From Octopus sinensis (taxonomy: Eukaryota), in NCBI RefSeq assembly GCF_006345805.1, contig NC_042999.1, positions 110,112,001 through 110,176,000 on the forward strand: DNA of 64,000 bases, written 5' to 3'. The notes beneath the pieces are model-generated. The model was not told the origin of the DNA. It did no database searches and saw nothing but the letters and a program-made list of their open reading frames with translations. Of this stretch, positions 38,203 through 50,850 are shown piece by piece. Each line of letters begins with the position of its first letter. Position 1 is the first letter of the stretch. A program made the translations under genes and the position numbers.

Positions 38203-38778
38203 TACGAGGGAGTACCCAAACGTAACCGGAAACGTTCTCTGTGGGATAAAAATCTTTGTAGTTCAGGCTTCCGCCACTAGAACCCACTTGATGCAACCCT
38301 CAGGCATCAGTCTTGCCGACCGGTGTCGACAGGTCAAGTCGTACTGCCACGTGGTGACTCTTTGTTTCGCAGTGCTTCTCCCTGTTCGTCGATTTTTGCG
38401 ATGGTTGAAACGAAAGAACAGCGTGCTTCCGTGAAGTTCTGTTTTCTGCTGGAAAAAACGACGGCCGAAACAGTTGTCATGCTTCAAACATCTTACAAGA
38501 ACGCTGCCATGAGCAAAACACAAGTTTATGAGTGGTTTACTCGTTTTAGGAATGATCGCTTGTCGCTTGAAGACCAGCCTCGTTCAGGACGACCACTGAC
38601 CTCCCCGGATGAATGAAAACATCATGAAATTTCACGAACTGATCTTGGAGAACCGTCACCGAACTATTGTCAAACTTGTTGATAATGACTGGTATGTCCT
38701 GGGGCCCTTGCCCACGAAGCTTGAGCGAGGAATTGCTAATGAACATAGCTGCAGCAAAATTTGTGCCTCGCTTGCTCA
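38203..38778 (+). mobile_element. 5' part of a mariner (Tc1/mariner) element, truncated
   Basis: TACGAGGG TIR start; from 38401 MVETKEQRASVKFCFLLEKTTAETVVML...VYEWFTRFRN...LEDQPRSGRP (HTH), then a stop, a frameshift and AKFVPRLL; ends at a SINE tail. Confidence 0.9.
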
Positions 38779-39075
38779 GTACTTATTCTATCGGTCACTC
38801 TTGCAGAAACGCTAAGTTAAGAGTACGTAAACACACCAGCATCGGTTGTCAAACGTTGGTGTGGTGGGTGACAAGCACAAATACACAAATATACATACAC
38901 ATATACTTATACAACGGGTTTCTTTCAGTTTCTGTCTACCAAATCAACTCACAAGGCTTTTGTCGGCCCGAGATTACAGTAGAAGACACTTGCCCAAAGT
39001 GCCACGCAGTGGGACTGAACCTTGAATCATCTGGTTGGGAAGCAAGCTACTTACCACACAGCCACGCCAGCGCCT
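38777..39075 (-). mobile_element. CORE-type tRNA SINE, family A
   Basis: Reverse complement of family A. Confidence 0.85.
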
Positions 39076-39097
39076 ATATGTACATATATATATATAT

Positions 39098-39253
39098 GTC
39101 TTCCCTTCTCTGGATCTTTCCTTCTCCTATGTTTCCGACGAAGAGCTCCGCTCGAAACGTTAAACGCTCCTTCTTCCTGAGCGTCCAATAATACTATATT
39201 TGTTCCACGTCCTCGCGTTGTTGTGTTTTTTTTGTGCTTTCTTGTTTGGATTA

Positions 39254-39255
<2 letters not shown>
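39098..39255 (+). mobile_element. 158-bp hammerhead-bearing cassette inside (TA)n
   Basis: TA repeats on both sides; contains HHR 39131-39165. Confidence 0.6.
39131..39165 (+). ncRNA. Ultra-minimal type I hammerhead ribozyme (U4C variant)
   Basis: Stem I GTTT/AAAC; CCGACGA; extra A then stem II GAGC/GCTC; GAAA 39154-39157; palindromic ACGT; GUU triplet. Confidence 0.7.
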
Positions 39256-39305
<50 letters not shown>

Positions 39306-39810
39306 CGGGCTTCTTTCAGCTTCCGACTTCACCCATAAGGCTTTGATTTGTCTGTAGCTAAAACAGAAAACACTTGCCCAAGATGAACCACCGTAGGATT
39401 GAAGCCGGAAACATGTCACTGAGAAATAAGCTTCTTACCACATACCCACGCCTCTGTGTGTGTGTGTACCTTCATTGTTTGGATTTTTTTCACATTTTTG
39501 ACATTATTATATTTATGGCGCATCAAACTACATCTTGCAACACACCAGTGCGTCACAACGAAACCATTGGTATAGCGTGTCAAAAAGTTAGGTCGCATAT
39601 CTACGGACTGATCGCTGACTGCTGTGGAATATTGTGTCAGTGATCAGTTCGTAGATAAGTGAAACAGTATAAAACTAAATGTAACAGTATATGTGTGTTT
39701 TTTTAAATCACTTAATATGTCTCTTCAACGAACGTAATTGTTCCAGTTTTAACAGACGATCTCAGATCAATTCACTTGCCAAACAAACATAAAGCGCACA
39801 CACGCAGACG

Positions 39811-39851
<41 letters not shown>

Positions 39852-39852
39852 C

Positions 39853-39883
<31 letters not shown>

Positions 39884-40610
39884 TAAATATATGCATATAT
39901 ACATACATATATGTACATATCTACATCTATATGTATATATACATCCATATATGGGTACAGGACATCAAAAATAAAAAAAAAACGTTCAACACAATGAGAA
40001 ACGAAAATATAAAAACAAAAACATAGAAACGAACTTTTTTTCAAACAACGCAAAACAGAGTACAAGACACACAACTTGAGGAATATTCCCCTTCTTCGGT
40101 TGTCCCAGTTTGGTCTACTCCACGTTTCGAAGGTAAGGAAAAGACGCGACTTCGTTAAAACAGTCCTTCCCGCAAAGCAAATTAAATAAAATTTGGGATA
40201 TTTTGTGGAGGGTAAAAGTGGTAACAAAAACAGGACAGTAAGAACAAAACAAGACAGTAAAAACAATAAAAAAGTTATATACATAAATATATATATATAT
40301 ATATGTATGTATGTATGTGTATGTATGTATGTATGTATGTATGTATGTATGTATGTATGTATGTATGTATGTATGTACGTGTGTGTGTATATGTATGTAT
40401 GATTGCATTTGTGTATGTATGTGCGTGTGTATGTATTTACGAGCGTATGTCGTTCAATGCTCAAAATGAGGAGTAGATAGACAGCCGAGAACTGATGAAG
40501 GGTCGTTCTTTGTGTTACTTCTCTTGTTTCCCATTTGTTTCTCTCTTTGTTTGCGTATTGAACTCATTTGTTTTCGTATTTCATGTTGTTTACTGTTGGT
40601 GACGTCCTGC

Positions 40611-40689
<79 letters not shown>

Positions 40690-40693
40690 TATA

Positions 40694-41079
40694 GGCGCAG
40701 GAGTGGCTGTGTGGTAAGTAGCTTGTTTACCAACCACATGGTTCTGGGTTCAGTCCCACTGCGTGGCACCTTGGGCAAGTGTCTTCTACTATAGCCTCGG
40801 GCCGACCAAAGCCTTGTGAGTGGATTTGGTAGACGGAAACTGAAAGAAGCCCGTCGTATATATGTATATATATATGTATGTGTGTGTGTGCGTGTATGTT
40901 TGTGTTTGTCCCCCTAGCATTGCTTGGTGTGTTTATGCCCCCGTCACTTAGCGGTTCGGCAAAAGAGACCGATAGAATAAGTACTGGGCTTACAAAGAAT
41001 AAGTCCCGGGGTCGAGTTGCTCGATTAAAGGCGGTGTTCCAGCATGGCCGCAGTCAAATGACTGAAACAAGTAAAAGAG
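40694..41079 (+). mobile_element. CORE-type tRNA SINE, family A (young, CpG intact)
   Basis: GGCGCAGGAGTGGCTGTGTGG head, TGCGTGGCACCTTGGGCAAGTGTCTT CORE-like block, internal microsatellite, GTAAAAGAG tail. Confidence 0.9.
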
Positions 41080-41117
41080 AGAAAAAAGAGAAAGAGATAT
41101 ACATATGTATGTGTGTG

Positions 41118-41158
<41 letters not shown>

Positions 41159-41439
41159 TATATTATGTATGTATGTGTGTATGTATACATGTTCTCTTTA
41201 ATTTTAGAATAAATTGGTAGCAATTTTAGAATAAATTGGTAGCAAGGTTGTGAAAGAATGCATCAACTTTTAAATCTAAAAGGTCTTGGAGATATCATGA
41301 TCATTTGCAGCATATAAATTAAGGATTTGCATTCTCTCCCCCAAGATCCCAAGTTTTGCCATACTTTGCTCCAGACGGGTTGGTATTATACTATGCATGC
41401 ATGTATGTATGTATGTATGTATGTACGTATGTATGTATG

Positions 41440-41478
<39 letters not shown>

Positions 41479-41509
41479 ATGTATGTATGTATGTATGTGT
41501 GTATGTATA

Positions 41510-42392
41510 CTTGTGACACGGTTGCGTGGGCAGTGAGAGTTAACAGTGACCTTCGTGAGGCAGCGTGCCGAGTGACATCGTTGTATTTACTTCACAAGTT
41601 GTGAAATTTGTGTTTTTGCGATCACATGTATACTGTAGTCTGTGATTTTGTCATGGACAGGAACAAAGAGCCAACGTGAAATTTTGCGTTAAACTTGGGA
41701 AGTCTGCTACAGAGACGTTGAACATGCTTCGGAAAGCTAATGGCGATGAGGCAATGGGTTGTACGCAATATTTTGAGTGACATGGGCGCTTCAAAAGCGG
41801 AAGAATATCCCTAGAAGATGATGAGCTATTTGGAAGGCCTGCCATGAGCATCACCTCCGGAAATGTGGTATTGTGCATTTACAGTTAATCCCCCAAGGCC
41901 AGACCGTCAATCGAGAGTTCTACTGTGACGTTTTGAGGCGTTTAAGGGAGGACATTCGACGAAAACCACAGGATCTGTAGAGTCTAAAGAATTGGATTCT
42001 TCAAGACGACAATGCACCCTGTCACCGATCTCTCCTCACTCATGAGTTTCTCACCAAAAACATGGTATCGCTTCCGCACCCGCCCTATTCGCCAGATTTA
42101 GTACCCGCAGACTTCCATCTCTTCCCAAAGATGAAAATGTAGATCAAAGGTCGCTGTTTTAATACCCTTGTCGAGATCCAGAGCGAATCACAGAAGGTTC
42201 TCGACTCGCTTACGGATAACGACTTACAGGCTGGATTCCAAAAGTGGCAGGAACACAACAGGGACCGGTGTATTGCTGTGCAAGGTGACTATTTCGAAAG
42301 AGATGATATTAAGACTTAAGTAAATAAGTTATTATTATTATTTTTTTTTATTAAATATAATTAGTCCAGAAACCTCTTGATACCACCTCATA
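41510..42392 (+). mobile_element. Internally deleted mariner element
   Basis: N-terminal NVKFCVKLGKSATETLNMLRKA joined at ~41870 to IPQGQTVN...DDNAPCH...HPPYSPDLVPADFHLFPK; 3' TIR AGTCCAGAAACCTCTTGATACCACCTCATA; stops present. Confidence 0.9.
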
Positions 42393-42395
42393 AAA

Positions 42396-42609
42396 ACGAG
42401 AAGGTGCTGAAAATTTCATGGCTTTAAGGGTATCGCGAAAGGCCTGGTAGTGGCCCAAATTTCCGAGTTCTTCTACGGGGATTAGAAAAACTGAAGGACC
42501 GCGGCGATAAGTGTGAATCTGAGAGAATATGTTGAATAAAATCACAATTAACTAATCCTCCTGTATTTTCTTTTATCGAAAGCCAGGAAATTTTCAGCAC
42601 CTACTCGTA
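42396..42609 (+). mobile_element. Mariner-derived MITE
   Basis: TIRs ACGAGAAGGTGCTGAAAATTTCATGGCTTT / AAAGCCAGGAAATTTTCAGCACCTACTCGTA; interior resembles the last codons of a mariner transposase. Confidence 0.75.
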
Positions 42610-42839
42610 TTTGTGTGTGTGTTTACTGGTTTCAGTCACTAAATGGAATCAGAGTAAATCAATAAACATTCAGCAACTGGAGATGGTGATTAAAGTTCAG
42701 TTTCACAACTCAGCCATTTGTTTTTTTATTAAATAGTAAATGCAGCGGAAGACGCTTGAGTGATATGAGTGATAGTTTCACCACATCTCTTGTTCTATTT
42801 TGATGTTTCTTCTTGATACTTGGTATTATGCATACAGAA

Positions 42840-43073
42840 GGCGGTGAGCTGGCAGAAACGTTAGCACGCCGGGCGAAATGCTTAGTGGTATTTCGTCTGC
42901 GTTACGTTGTGAGTTCAAATTCCGCCGAGGTCGACTTTGCCTTTCATCCTTTCGGGGTCGATATATTAAGTACCAGTTACGCACTGGGGTCGATGTAATC
43001 GACTTAATACCTACGTCTGTCCTTGTTTGTCCCCTCTGTGTTTAGCCTCTTGTGGGTAATAAAGAAATAGGTA
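42840..43073 (+). mobile_element. Family B (Nin/Deu-domain) SINE, full length
   Basis: GGCGGTGAGCTGGCAGAAACG head, GAGTTCAAATTCC B box, GCCTTTCATCCTTTCGGGGTCGAT...AAGTACCAG domain. Confidence 0.9.
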
Positions 43074-43199
43074 TTATGCGTACAGAAAGAGACATCAAAA
43101 TGGAAATCAGCAATTCAGAATCTAAACAACGGAGTACAAGAAAAACAAACAAACAAACAAACAAAAAAACAAAAACCCAACAACAGCAAAAATAATGAG

Positions 43200-43620
43200 G
43201 ATTTCAGATTTTGGTACAATTGTCAGCAATTTCTGGGGAGTGGTTAAGTCGATTACATTGACCCACAGTACTCCGAAAGGATGAAAGGCAAAGTCGATCT
43301 CGGTGAAAAGTGAACTCAGAATGTGAACTCTGACGAAATGCCGCTCTGCAATTTCGTCCGGCGTGCTAACGATTCTGCCAGCTCGCTGCCGTAATAATCC
43401 TTTCTACTAAAGGCACAAGGCCTGAAATTTGGGGGAGAGGGGAGATAATCGATTACATCGAATTCCAGTGTTTTACTGGTACTTAATTTATCGACCCTCG
43501 AAAAGATGAAAGGTAAAGTCGGCCTCGATGGAATTTGAACTCAGAACGTAAAGATAGACGATATGCAGCAAAGCATTTCGCCCGGTGTGCTAGCGATTCT
43601 ACCAGCCAGCTTGCCGCCTT
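43200..43620 (-). mobile_element. Two adjacent family B SINEs
   Basis: Nin-domain motif twice in reverse orientation. Confidence 0.75.
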
Positions 43621-44017
43621 AACAACAACAACAACAACAACAACAATAATGATGATGATGATGATGATAAACAAGCCAGAGCGTAAACCATATTGTATTC
43701 ACATGCAAGTTTGATTTTATGTTTGTATATGCGCGCACGCGTATTTGTGTGTGTGTGTGTGTATGTGTGTGTGCATTATTGTGTGAGAGTGTGTACGTCC
43801 GTACATGTGAGCGTGTATACACCCGTACATGTGTGCGCATCAATTGTCAGATTAACGGTGTCTATTGATGCCAGTGTCTGGTTATTAAAAGGCTTCCCTA
43901 TGAAAGCATGTCTCTCGCATCAGAAGCATCGCTTCCTCCATTTTTTTCCCCCTGATCCACGTTGTCTACCTCTTCGCTTCTTTTAACTCATCTTTTTACC
44001 CATTCTTGCTTGTACAG

Positions 44018-44560
44018 ATCGGTCAGTAGTTAGTTAATAGGGATTTGTTTTCCCCTTTTTTTTTTCTTTTCTTTTTTTTCTTTTTGGAAAGTGGAAGGAG
44101 GCTGGCTTCACGTAAATGGTTCTGTAAATGGGCAGTAAGTACAATTGCAGCATCAGCAGTAGCAAGGGGGAAGCAGCTGCAGCAATAATAACAACAACAG
44201 CATCATCAGCAACGTTATCAACCTCATCATCATCATCATTATCAGCCACAACAACAGCAACAACAGCAGCATCACTAGTAACAAGAACAGCAGCGTTTGG
44301 AACTCCAGCAGCAATGGTAGCCAATTTGCATGCTATTCCAATTTGCGACTCAATGAACGACCAGATTGATATCGGACCGAGTACAAAAATAAAAACAATC
44401 AAAACAATAAACAACGGCAACAACAACAACAACAACAAAAATGCAAACAAAAAAAAAGAAACAAAGAAAGAAAAAAGAACGAATTTAAGGGGTTTTTGCT
44501 CTGTGACGGCTATTGACGGGCAGGGGGAGTATGGATTGTAGTGGCGTTGCACAATCGCTT
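44018..44560 (+). other. CAG/CAA/CAT-rich exon-like or UTR-like segment
   Basis: Good acceptor TTCTTGCTTGTACAG ending at 44017; 137-aa low-complexity ORF 44128-44541; the polyQ/H frame has stops; strand and coding status unresolved. Confidence 0.2.
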
Positions 44561-44870
44561 CTTGCCTTGTGGCGTGGTGTTACTGTGTCTAATAGACTTT
44601 GGCAGTTGCAGGTCTAATGGCAGAGATGGTCTGGCGATGATAAGTCAGTGCAAGACGGACAAGAACGTCAGATGTAGCACGACTTTATCACATGATACAT
44701 CTTCACTCCTTACGATTTTGGCAGTTATGAGAATGGGAAAGTGGGAGTGTGGAGAAGAGGTATGGGAGCAGGAGAGAACTAGGGAAGGAAAGAGGGGAAT
44801 GGAGTAAAGCGCGTATACAGTATATAGGACATGGAAATAACTGAGTATATATCATATATATTTGTGTGCT

Positions 44871-44911
<41 letters not shown>

Positions 44912-45097
44912 CAGACACAGAGAAGACTGGAGTTCATGAGTATGTATGCATGTGTGTATGTGTATATGTATGTATGTGTGTATATATGTGTGTGTGTGTA
45001 TGTATTAAGGGCACTACCTAGCGTAAATTAATTTTATATATACATGTTTGTGTGTGTATATATAAATGTATATATATATATATGTATATATATATAT

Positions 45098-45169
<72 letters not shown>

Positions 45170-46606
45170 ATATAAAAGGAGAGCTTGTGTGCGAGAGAGA
45201 GGCAGAGAAGATTTGAGTTCATGCTTTTCTTTGTGTGCGTGCGCGCGAACATGAAGAGAGAGTGTGAAAGAGAGAAGCAAAGAAAGAGACAGAGAAAAGG
45301 AAAGAGAGGGAGAGATTGATGGCAAAAGAAAGATGGATTCAAAATTTTCTGAAGATGGCCTGAAATGAAGATGAAGGGGATTATATATAAAGAAAAAGAA
45401 AAAAGAAAAAAGACATGGAACGAAAAAGAGATAGGGAAATATAGAAGATAGGCGGGAATGGTGACAGGCACAAAGCTAGTGAGGGAGCAAAACAGATATA
45501 TATATAGATTGTAAGGAAGCGAGAGAAAGAGCGTTGATGAAAGAGAAAATGATAGATGTTTCTGAGTGGGGGAGAGAGATAATAGATTATGTGTATAATA
45601 TATAGAATATTGAAGTGTGAGGCAAATGCAGAGAGAGAGAGAGCGCGCACGAGAGAGAGAGGGAGGGGGAGAGGAGCAGGCAGATAGAGATCGTAAGCAT
45701 AGAAGTGATTACAAATATAAAAGGAGGATGATTGATAGAGTAAGAATAACAGTAATAGAGAGAGAGGGGAGGGAGAGAGTAGTGTGAGAGAGCAAAAGAG
45801 TTACAGAGAAATGTAAAAAGAGCGACTTAGAGCAAGGGAAAGCAATATATATATATATATATTATATATATATATATATTATGCGTGAATGAGTGTGTAT
45901 ATGTGTGTGGTTGGCAAATGAGAGAGAGAAAATAATTGATGAAAAATAAGAATGGGTGAGAGATAAAAGGAAACTGGAGGTTGAGGGAGATAGGAACAAT
46001 GATAGAGCCGTAAATAATAGAATTACTATTTTGTTAACTTTGAATTAGGTTGAGTAAGTAATCAGTTCCTTCTATTTACATGTTCTGAACGAACCATTTC
46101 ACCTTTGTCTGATTCCTCCCAATCTGCATCCATTCTACACTTCTGTCGTCTTGCAAAGAAAGTAAAATAAGACATTCCTGTTACCAAAACTGGTACAAGT
46201 TAAACCTTATTATGATCGTATCTAAATTTCATCGATAAGCTATTACTAAACTAGTGTGAATTCATGAAGCGATTTTTATAATTTTTCTATCAGATTTACG
46301 TTTAAATTGCTCCGTTAGCGTTAACGGTATTTAACATGATGAACATTTAAATAATAACAAGGAATACTTAGGCAATCTGGGACAAAATATTAGTCAATGG
46401 GAAATATTCGTTTTCTTCATCAGCTTTTATAGAAGACAACGCCGGATATACTTAAGCCTTCTTCTCAGTTCATCAATGAAGTGTAGCCTTCACCGTTATT
46501 TGTCAATTTAGTAATAGAAGATTCTACGCTTCATTTTCAATTGTTCTGTATTTGGAGCTTCTAGTGTCAGTAACATAATATGGTGTGTGTATGTGTGAGT
46601 GCGTGT

Positions 46607-46648
<42 letters not shown>

Positions 46649-46699
46649 GGACAATCAAGCCAGAAACACAGCTGATCCTTCTGATGTTTACTTCTGTGG

Positions 46700-47460
46700 G
46701 TTGAATTGACCACAGCTTCTGAGCGACGTTGGTTCTCATTAGCCGTTCACACTGTGTAATTAACTGGTGTCTCTTCAGCTTTCTTTGGTTTGTACGCTTG
46801 TGACTGCGTTACTGCTTGTCTATTTGTTTCTGAGTGTATGTATGTATATGTGTTTACGAGAACCATAACATGAAAATGCACAACGTTGGTCCCTGTCGGT
46901 GTATCTGCAATATTTTTGGGAACAGCTCTTTAGGTGTCGCTTAATTTTCACCCTGAAAGGTTTCAGAACGGGCACAGGAAAAAAAGGAAAATAGCATTAT
47001 GTCCATCCCGTGAACTTGTAGCGAGTGTTTCAAACCAAGTCCTTGGATAAGCGGTCAAGCATCACGAGAAAACCACCATAGTTTCACGTGATCGGCCTAT
47101 CACCCGACTAGTCAGCGTGAAGCGATGGTGTGGACGTTTTCTCAGACATTCTAGAATTTGACTTTCGTTCCCCAATACAAAACGTTCGACGCGCATTTTT
47201 AGCTGTCACTCAACCCAAATAGGCAGCTAAGACAGATGGCGCAAGTAAATGACAAACCACCGTCTCTACGAAGATAGCACAGTTGTTTCCGGTTATGTTG
47301 GACAAACCACTTATTGTCGTATCAATAGCTCGACGTAAATTCCAAGCATTGTATCTCTTCCAGTATGTTATTATCTGAAAAAGGCCAACGCTATTTGTCT
47401 TTACGCGCGACAATAAAATCTTCTGTTAAATGTTCGCAGATGTTGTTCAGTTACTTGTAC
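46700..47460. promoter_or_regulatory. CpG-retaining, non-repetitive segment, possible promoter or regulatory region
   Basis: Many CG dinucleotides, no TE motif recognised, one CACGTG E-box near 47085; inference only. Confidence 0.25.
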
Positions 47461-47804
47461 ACGCAGGACAAGAAACCTATTTTCAATCATCAACTCAACC
47501 AGCTATCACCATAGAGTGAGAGAAACTTATTCTTTTGTTCCCAACAGAAACAAGTATAACTCAACAATTTAGCTGCATATTACAATTGTGTGCTGTTATT
47601 TAATCTCATGTAGTATCCGAGTGTTCACAATGAGTACAAACAATAGTTAAAATAGAAAAAAGGACCCCTGTGTTTGTGTATAAATAAGATGATAAATTCA
47701 TTATTTACACCATTTCTATATGATCTTCAAGTAAAGATTTAGTCTCGTCACAAAATAAGTGCATGCACACTTCAAAAGCTGAGCTCGCATTTATACATGT
47801 GGAT

Positions 47805-47926
47805 ATACATACATACATACATACATACATACATACACACACATATACATACATATACACATACACACACACATATATATACATATATATATATATATAT
47901 ACATACATACATATATATATATACAT

Positions 47927-47957
<31 letters not shown>

Positions 47958-47967
47958 CATATTCATG

Positions 47968-48018
<51 letters not shown>

Positions 48019-48039
48019 TCATGCATACATATATATATA

Positions 48040-48082
<43 letters not shown>

Positions 48083-48084
48083 TG

Positions 48085-48127
<43 letters not shown>
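47805..48127. repeat. Compound (CATA)n/(TA)n microsatellite
   Basis: Seen directly. Confidence 0.95.
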
Positions 48128-48129
<2 letters not shown>

Positions 48130-49006
48130 CAGTTTAGAAACAGGCATAGGTGGCTGTATGTTCAAGAAATTTATTTCGCATCTACAATAACCTCTACAAT
48201 AACTTCACATTTTCCAGCACCTTATGAGTGGAATTTTAGTAGATGGAAACCGTGTTGAAGCCCATCAATTCTACACGCATCCATGCACGCACACATATAT
48301 GTAATATTCATGTATATATGTACAGGGCCAGCACCACACTGTAAGCAAGCAAATTGGGTGGTCGCTGAGGGTGTTGAAGTCGGGACCCCACAAATGATAG
48401 AAAATTTCTTAATCCAATTAAAACCACGAAAATGAGCAAGGGAGGTCACTCCCAGAACAAAGACAAAATACACGGAGAGTGGCGATGAGAAGCTTGTGTA
48501 ATGTTACGTCCTTGTTACATGGTGTGGTGCGGAATATTTCAAATATTACCCGGTAATAGATTTATTCATTGATATGCTTGATCATATTACTACAGATCTC
48601 TTGTGCGCAGGATAATGAACTTTTTGACTGCATTTTGCAGTTGGTGTAATGAGAATAATCACTGGACGGTGAAGCAATAGTTGAGAGGAGGTCGTATCGT
48701 AGAGCTGGCCTTAGGCGCTGAAAACAATAGCGGCAACCCTGTGTGTGTGTGTGTGTGTGTGTGGTGAGAGAAAAAAAGGGGGAGAGAGAGAGATGTATGT
48801 GGTAGTCTGTGCATATCTGTGTCAGTGCTTATGTTGTAGCCGTCTGTGTCATGTAACTTGACAGACAGATAACGAGAGAACAATGAAATAAGACTGGTGG
48901 AATCGATAGAATCAACTAAAACTCTTAAAAGCAGTGCTCCAACATGATTGCTGTGCAATGAATGAAACCACTAAACGAACATAAAAAATAAAAGTATCCT
49001 AACCTA

Positions 49007-49179
49007 GGCGCAGGAGTGGCTGTGTAGTAAGTAGCTTGCTAACCAACTACATGGTTCCGGGATCAGTCCCACTGCGTGGCATCTTGGGCAAGTGTCTTCT
49101 GTTATAGCCTCGGGCCGACCAAAGCCTTGTGAGTGGATTTGGTAGACGGAGACTGAAAGAAGCCTGTCGTATATATGTA

Positions 49180-49217
<38 letters not shown>

Positions 49218-49455
49218 CGTGTGTGTGTGTGTGTATATGTTTGTGTGTCTATGTTTGTCCCTCTAGCATTGCTTGACAACCGCTGCTGGTGTGTTTACGT
49301 CCCCGTCACTTAGCGGTTCGGCAAAAGAGACCGATAGAATAAGTACTGGGCTTACAAAGAATAAGGCCCAGGGTCGATTTGCTCGACCAAAGGCGGTGCT
49401 CCAGCATGACCGCAGTTAAATGACTGAAACAAGTAAAAGAGTAAAAGAGAGAGAG
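49007..49455 (+). mobile_element. CORE-type tRNA SINE, family A, with probable TSD
   Basis: Full-length copy; TAACCT at 49000-49005 and 49456-49461. Confidence 0.9.
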
Positions 49456-50694
49456 TAACCTGATTATGATTTGACAAAATTCAGTACACCTTGTATAGGA
49501 ATGGTAGATTATTCAAAAATCATAATTTAAGGCTTTGACTTTATAGTTTGGTAAAAAAGTGTGCGTCTTGTTTACAGTCACAATGTCAGAAGTCCTAATA
49601 GTTAATTACCCTGCTATTGAATCTAACATTCATGCACACACACATACACACATTCCTCATACATATTCCTTTCTTATAAATACAGATAGAATGATAGAAA
49701 TGGGTTTTAGTAACTCGAAATACGTTAGGCCCGTAAAGTTAATTTTGGGGAGGAGAAGTACCTCTTTCTTGTGATCAAAAATGTTGGCAGGATGCAGTTC
49801 TTTGTGGATCCTTTCCTCATTTCACTCACTGCTCTATGATGAAATATTGATTAAATGTACAAGGAAATAATTATTTCTTTTGGAAGCAGAGAAGACGGCG
49901 CTATTCACCTCATTCTTAGAGATTAAACGTTTAAAGTAAAGTTTACATTAACACAGAATTCCGATCTATGGTCATCGGGTGTTTTATTTCTGAATAAATG
50001 CATAGTACGGTTAAGAGTTGCCATTAGACTGAACAACAACAAAGACGACATTCGCTTTTTCTTTTCTTTTTGTTATATCTAATATCATAATATTTTGTAT
50101 CAAGGATTGCATTATGCCTATCTATCTGAGAATCCTTAGTACGCCCGACCAAATGTTATTCAACCATATCTTTTAGGCAGCTGTATTGAGTTGGTGTCAA
50201 CGTTGAGCTGACTGAATGACTAGGTTGTCGGCAAACATTATTTACACGTACTCTATCCTTGATTCCAAGTTTCCGCCGTGATTATCCATCTATTTCTATT
50301 ACATAATATGATATACTAGCTGGCCCCCGTGCCGTCAAAAATGACCGCTAATTGTAGTATTTTAGATATAAACATGGATGGTAAATCAAATTAATACACT
50401 TGTCAATGTTCACATACATTTACATACTCCTTTTTCTCATTCATATGTTGTGACGGAAAAAAAACACAAGGGTATTATTACAGTAGATGATTTTTTTCTC
50501 CCTAGACATTTAGCCATACCTACATTTCTTTCCAACCAGAGTGTTTCCTTTTTCATTACAGCTTTTCGATGTTCTTTTTCGCATTTCAAGTGGCCTCCTA
50601 ATTTATTCTTAACAATATTGGATAAGAATGTTACATAGATGCATTGGCTCAAGAACAAGAAGTGGAGGTGGATGCAAGCGCAAGCTCCTAAAAT

Positions 50695-50850
50695 GTCAGT
50701 GAGTTCAAATTCCGCCGGGGTCGACTTTGCTTTTCATCCTTTCGGGATCGATAGATTAAGTACCAGTTGCGTATTGAGGTCGATGTAATCGACTGGCCCT
50801 CTCCTCCTCCAAAATTTCGGGCCTTGTGCTCGAGTAGAAAAGAATATTAA
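50695..50850 (+). mobile_element. Family B SINE, partial
   Basis: GAGTTCAAATTCCGCCGGGGTCGACTTTGCTTTTCATCCTTTCGGG...AAGTACCAG. Confidence 0.8.

Noticed and set aside
39960-40270. Microsatellite-flanked cassette with CCGAAGA plus a hairpin and a separate CGAAACGT on the minus strand
   Set aside because: The core pieces cannot be assembled into a valid type I, II or III hammerhead; probably a related but decayed element.
40460-40610. CTGATGAAGGG in a microsatellite-flanked cassette
   Set aside because: No downstream GAAA or stem III, so it was not called as a ribozyme.
44034-44552. 172-aa minus-strand ORF rich in V/L/D/A
   Set aside because: Composition is typical of the antisense of CAG/CAA/CAT repeats.
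716-49100. tRNA-like A/B boxes that might be tRNA genes; regular repeats that might be a CRISPR array
   Set aside because: The boxes are SINE heads without a full cloverleaf; the sequence is eukaryotic and no repeat-spacer array with unique spacers is present.
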